This document shows positions 58,055-64,000 of a stretch of 64,000 nucleotides of DNA, piece after piece. The notes beneath the pieces are model-generated. The model was not told where the DNA came from. It saw only the letters and a program-made list of their open reading frames with translations, and did no database searches. Origin of the DNA: the human T2T-CHM13v2.0 reference genome, Homo sapiens. The position numbers were made by a program, and so were the translations under genes. The stretch lies in NCBI RefSeq assembly GCF_009914755.1, contig NC_060945.1. One strand, written 5' to 3'. Positions within the stretch are counted from its first letter, which is position 1, and each line of letters starts with the position of its first letter.

Positions 58055-59146
58055 TTATTTAGAATATCCTAAGTAGGTTTTCAAACTTTATTCTGAGCAA
58101 AGAATAAAAAATCATTGTAAAAGAATGTGGTCCCCAGTTATCAGATCAATTAGTTTTCTCAATATCAGTACTAGTTCACAGGGTCCCTTTGCTTGGGTTT
58201 TTCCACCATAGCAAGATAAGGAGTGAATCAAAGGATGGAAGTAGGAACATGAAAAGGGCAAGTGTGGGGAGAAAAAATAAGCAAGAAACTCTGCAAGTCA
58301 TAAGGGTGCCTATGGAGAGATGAGTCTGAGAAAAGCAAATATAGGGGATTTGAGGATCTGGAGGTTGATTTTGTTGACACTGTCTCAGTCCCCACGTATT
58401 CCCTTGGGAAGGAGATGCATCCCCAGGACACCCACACATTTACATACACTTCAGTGGCTTTGGAATAATTGTATGGTCCCAAAGTCTTTCTTAGTTTTGC
58501 CTTATGAAATTCAAAGCCCAAGCGTTTGAAACCCAAAAACTAAGAATCAACTCTTTGGTTTGGTTACATCATCCTCAGGAGAAGTTAGTAAAACCTAATG
58601 CCCAGGCAGCTGCCTGGAAAGGAGGGAAGGATAGAGGACAAATAGTTTCTAGCAACAAAAAATACATTAGCTAACCTTTCAAAGTTGCACCCTGCGTGCT
58701 CAAAATAACAAAGGAGCCACATCCATTATGGATGCTATAGAATTCATGAAGTGCAATCATTTGATTTGGGCCTTTAGTTTGTAGATTTAAGATTTATTGG
58801 AGAAGAAAAGAAGTGCATATAATAGATTAATTTGTGGGGATGTTAAAAATGCCTGTGCATGGACTTATTAGATAACCTGCAATGCGTAGGTAAATTTGAT
58901 GTTCAAATAGGACCACTTGTTTATAAGCCTGATTTCTTTGGGAAGAAAATCAATTCAGACCAGACCTGTTTCATTCAAGTAAGCCTGAGGGCTTGCTTGA
59001 AATAAACTGATAAATTCTTCTGTTCCCAATTAAAAAAATAGGGCCAATATCCCTCATTTTAAAAATGCTTCTGTTTTTCATGAAGTGTGTGTATGCATAC
59101 ACATAATAATCTGAAGCAGTCTGCTGCTATTTAATTATAGCAATAC

Positions 59147-59333
59147 ATGTGACAATGGAAACAGAGATTGGAGCGATTCAGGGCCATGAGCCAAGGAATG
59201 CAGGGTGCAATTTTAGCCCAGTGAGGCCCATTTCAGACTTGGGACCTCCAGAACTAGAAAATAATAAATTTGTGTTGTCTTAAACTCTAAGTTTGTGGTA
59301 ATTTGCTACAGTGGCAATAGGAAACTAATTCAG
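59147..59333 (+). mobile_element. MLT1C/D-like 3' fragment
   Basis: GAGCCAAGGAATGCAGG...GACCTCCAGAACT...GTTTGTGGTAATTTG..ACAG..GCAATAGGAAACTAAT. Confidence 0.8.
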
Positions 59334-60699
59334 TGCCCTAATAAAATGACATGCCTTTACAAATTAACTATGTAGACACATCCCATAATCATCCTACATT
59401 AAAAGTATTTAATGTCCTCTAAAATAAAATTCCATTTTAATAATTATCACCTATGACTTTGGATTGCCCTAAATAATCTAATACAGATATGAAAATGAGT
59501 GTATCACCAGGCTAGGCCCAAAGGAAATTGACAGGGCTGAGCAGTAGAAATCAGGAGTTATTAGAAATCATGGGGCCTCCCTAAAGGGTGGGAAATTTAT
59601 CAACTGTGCTTTTCTTTCCTATTCAAGTGGTTATGTTTGCCCAGAAATCCATGAACATGGAAGAACTCTTAAGTATGTCTTCGGTAGGCAAATACTTGTT
59701 TTCTTCTAAACTCATGATGTAGAGGGAATGATTAAAAGCTACAGACCACAGGGGGTGGAAAAGTATTAGCTTAAAAAAAATGGATCCAATCCAAATGTCA
59801 TGGGCCAGCTTGAATTTTGGTGAGCCTAATGATTTTTGAAAAATGTCTGTTAAAACTGTTCTCCATGCCAAGCTCCAGGGTAAAACCACAAGTAGGAATT
59901 GATCTGTTGTATTTTATAAAATCCAAATGCTGTTTTTCTGATTTAAATACTTTTTTAACAGATTCTGAAATAGGACACAAGGGAAGAAACTGAAGACAGT
60001 ACATTTTAATCTTCTCAAGCTGCCAGGACACAGATCTCTCCCTCTTTCCCTACAGAAGGGATCAAGCAGTGCCCACTCTCCACCCTCCAGGGAGCTGTGA
60101 CTCCTGGTGAGGGGCTATTCATACAGTGTCCATTCCCAGACCATGCTTTAAACATGGCCAGGAACACTGAAGCTTTGGGACTGAGAGTGTACTCATTTAG
60201 TTTCCCTGAATTGAGAATGCATGAGAAAAAGCAAAGGGCACCCAAATACTTGTGGCCTTATTAATGCTTTCTGGAAAGTCTTTAATTATTTAATAATCTT
60301 CTAGGTTTCTCTGTCTCTACTTCTCCCCAAAATAACATGGGCAGGTGCGAAAGCCTGTTGTTCTCCTCTTCAAGTAACCTCCAAATTTAGTTGCTGCTTA
60401 AGCCCCAAAATTCCTCCTACGCTGGCTTTGCATGCACTTGAGATGTTCATGCCTGAGATCTAGGCCTTGAATGGGAGGGGTTTTAATAGGAGCAAATGGC
60501 AAAACCAAGACCGTGGCCTAGAAAATGTTTGTGAATGGGCTTAGAGGTAAAGGGACCTCAAAGCACATAAGCCTCTGCCAAGTCCTATAGCAGTGCCTAG
60601 AAAGAGCGTGGGCATTTTTGTTGATAGCAGAGGGACTGGAAGAGCACTGTCTCAGGCAAAGCTGGATCCCAACTATTTCACTTGCAGAAATGTCTACGG

Positions 60700-60927
60700 C
60701 AGGGGTGTCCAATCTTTTGGCTTCCCTGGTCCACACTGGAAAAAGAGAACTGTCTTGAGCCACACGTACAATACACTAACACTAACGATTGCTGATAAGC
60801 AAAAAAAAAAAAAAAATCACAAAAAAATTTCATAATGTTTTAAGAAAGTTTATAAATTTGTTTTGTGTTGCATTAAAAGTTGTCCTGGGCCGCGTGTGGC
60901 CCACAGGCTGTGGGTTGGACAAGCTTG
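60700..60927 (+). mobile_element. MER30 hAT-Charlie MITE, complete
   Basis: CAGGGGTGTCCAATCTTTTGGCTTCCCTGG ... GGGTTGGACAAGCTTG; 8-bp TSD GTCTACGG/GCCTACAG. Confidence 0.93.
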
Positions 60928-61196
60928 GCCTACAGAAATTCTTGCAAGAAACTAATATCTATGGAGAGTTTTCACGTTGAGGTTTTTAGAAGACGGGTTG
61001 TCGAGTGATAAACAGCACACCACTCCCTTGCCCAGTTTTTCTAATTAAAAAATAATTGGGAAATAATGCAAAACACACGTGGAGAACAAACTGTCATCTT
61101 TACGACCCAATATAGGGAAGGTCAGAGTATCCACTTACATCTGAGGGGCAAAGGGCTTCCTCAGACTGAACACGAGATTAGCCAGACCTACCCAGC

Positions 61197-62086
<890 letters not shown>

Positions 62087-62736
62087 AGACAAGTCAAGCA
62101 GTGCTCTGGGAGGATTGGAGGCCTCCCTCTACCCCATCCCAGCAGGAAAAACTCACGCTCCCTATAAGAAGCCTGTCCATGGGTGAAATGACAGAGGATG
62201 GGATACACAGCACATGCTGTGTCATACCCATCAATTGCATAAATAAATCCTGAATGAGGGAGGAAGTGGTGGAGAGAGGCTTAGGCTAAAAAAGTTGGGG
62301 GAAGGGAGAAGAGGGAAGGAGCAGATCTTTTCAAATCGAAAGGAGCATTAGTAGTAAGTAATGAGAACCCGCTAATTCTCACAATACCCTGTTTATATTA
62401 TGATACTCAATTTACATATAAAGAACTTGAAGCTTATAGAGCTTGAGTAACCCAAGGTCACATAGATACTATGTAATGGAGCTAGAATCTATAAATATCC
62501 AATTTCTGAAAAAGTGCCATATTCTGTGTAATAATTATACGTCCCATACTCAGAATCTGTTGGAAGCAGCTATCTGATGAAGACATTTATACTTGCCCAT
62601 GAAAATATCCCATTTCAGGAATGATGCTGCCCCATTCTCTCTGTGTCCTTAGATGTCCCCTAAATCTAAAGTTTTATGAAACAATGGCTTGGCCAGGAAA
62701 CAAAATACACACCTGGCTTAGAAGTGAGCAGTTGCT

Positions 62737-62944
62737 CACAGGAAGGGGAACATCACACTCCGGGAACTGTTGTGGGGTAGGGGGAGGGGGGAGGGATAGC
62801 ATTAGGAGATATACCTAATGCTAAATGACAAGTTAATGGGTGCCGCACACCAGCATGGCACATATATACATATGTAGCTAACCTGCACATTGTGCACATG
62901 TACCCTAAAACTTAAAGTATAATAATAAAAAAAAAAAAAAAGAA
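62737..62944 (+). mobile_element. Severely 5'-truncated young L1 (L1PA3-like 3'UTR only) with poly-A
   Basis: CACAGGAAGGGGAACATCACAC...ATACCTAATGCTAAATGAC...CACCAGCATGG...CTTAAAGTATAATAAT(A)n; TSD AGAAGTGAGCAGT/AGAAATGAGCAGT at 62720-62732 and 62945-62957. Confidence 0.95.
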
Positions 62945-63469
62945 AGAAATGAGCAGTCCCTTCATGACATAGGGCTAGAGAGAAAAGAGAAGTGAGCAGT
63001 CCCTGGAGCCACCTGCAAGCTGTCTGGGAACTCTGCAGAGCACCCTAGGACTGCACAGCCTGTGCCTGCAGCCATGAACCTTGCCAGTAGCTGGTAGCCC
63101 ACACAGAGGTGGTGACATGCAAGGCAACTTGTCCAGAGTCCCTGGGTGGTACGTGTCACTCCTAGAAACCTAGCAGGTCGGAAAAGCGTTGCTTTGAACT
63201 TGAGACAAGATACTTGCTTTCATCAGCCACCCAGCCTCTCCTGCCGTTTTGTTCTAGGACGCAGGCTAAATCACAGATGGTGACACTTGGCTTCCTGCTG
63301 CCTTTGAGGTACAGGGCTGGACAATGGCTATTTCTAGCCCTACATGCTGCATAGAAGTAGAATGCCCAGGGACTATCGTCTCTTCAAGATTTCATGTCCT
63401 GTGTTAAAGAGAATGGGAAAAATATTTACTTGAATTGCTGTATAGTTCTATGTGTGCTGTCACAGTTAG

Positions 63470-63570
63470 TGTTCTTTATTAAATGGTATTTCAGTGCCAC
63501 TGTGTGCCAGGCACTGTGATGTGTGCTGAGGGTAACTGATGAATAAAGCAGAAGCACACATGGTCTAGTG
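63470..63570 (-). mobile_element. L2 3' fragment
   Basis: AGTGCCACTGTGTGCCAGGCACTGTG..GTGCTGAGGG. Confidence 0.55.
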
Positions 63571-64000
63571 TGAATTCCCAAAGATAATACAGCATGTGCT
63601 GGCATCAAGGGATGTCCCAGGTCACATAGCATCTCCTAGGATGGACTGCATATGTGAAGGGGATTCACAAAGGCAGAATACTGTGGGTTGTGGACATCAC
63701 TATCAATTTCCCTCTCTGGGACGCAGTTCACTAAGATACTCTTCCCTCGCCCAGAAAAAAAGAAGGCTGTAGGCAGGAGGAGTGGATGTAAGCATGAAAG
63801 GGACTGGCAGGGGGGCCACAGGTAGGGATGAAGGAACTTGTGTAAATAATGTTTCCCAAGGAGACGACAGAAAGGATCACCAGCATATATCCAGTATGTG
63901 CACCCAAATCATCTGAGATTCTCCACTGCTCAGAGGGAAAGACTCTGTCTGAACAAGAAAAACCTTGATTTCTGCTGAGTCTCAGACCTGACCATTATTC

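Overview
Primate (human/great-ape-like) genomic DNA, AT-rich and CpG-depleted, with no recognisable protein-coding exon, RNA gene or CpG island. It reads as intergenic DNA or the inside of a very long intron. Roughly half is interspersed repeat: one full-length but dead L1PA4-like element, three other L1P copies, old L1M/L2/MIR fragments, 12 Alus, many MaLR LTRs (MLT1/MST/THE1), ERV LTRs (MER41A, MER61-like), and DNA transposons (a MuDR Ricksha, MER82, MER30, MER33, MER58). All long ORFs in the track come from repeats or low-complexity sequence. I found no convincing new biological system. The most notable observations are structural: a perfect 258-bp tandem duplication; two ~275-bp templated insertions copied from 0.7-0.8 kb downstream; two nested TE stacks with recognisable target-site duplications; a THE1 provirus that lacks one LTR but keeps its TSD; an ORF0 that reads out of the L1; a textbook-looking recursive splice site at 19134/19135; and several fold-back/template-switch scars. 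Subfamily names come from my recall of consensus sequences, not a database search, and boundaries of old elements are approximate.
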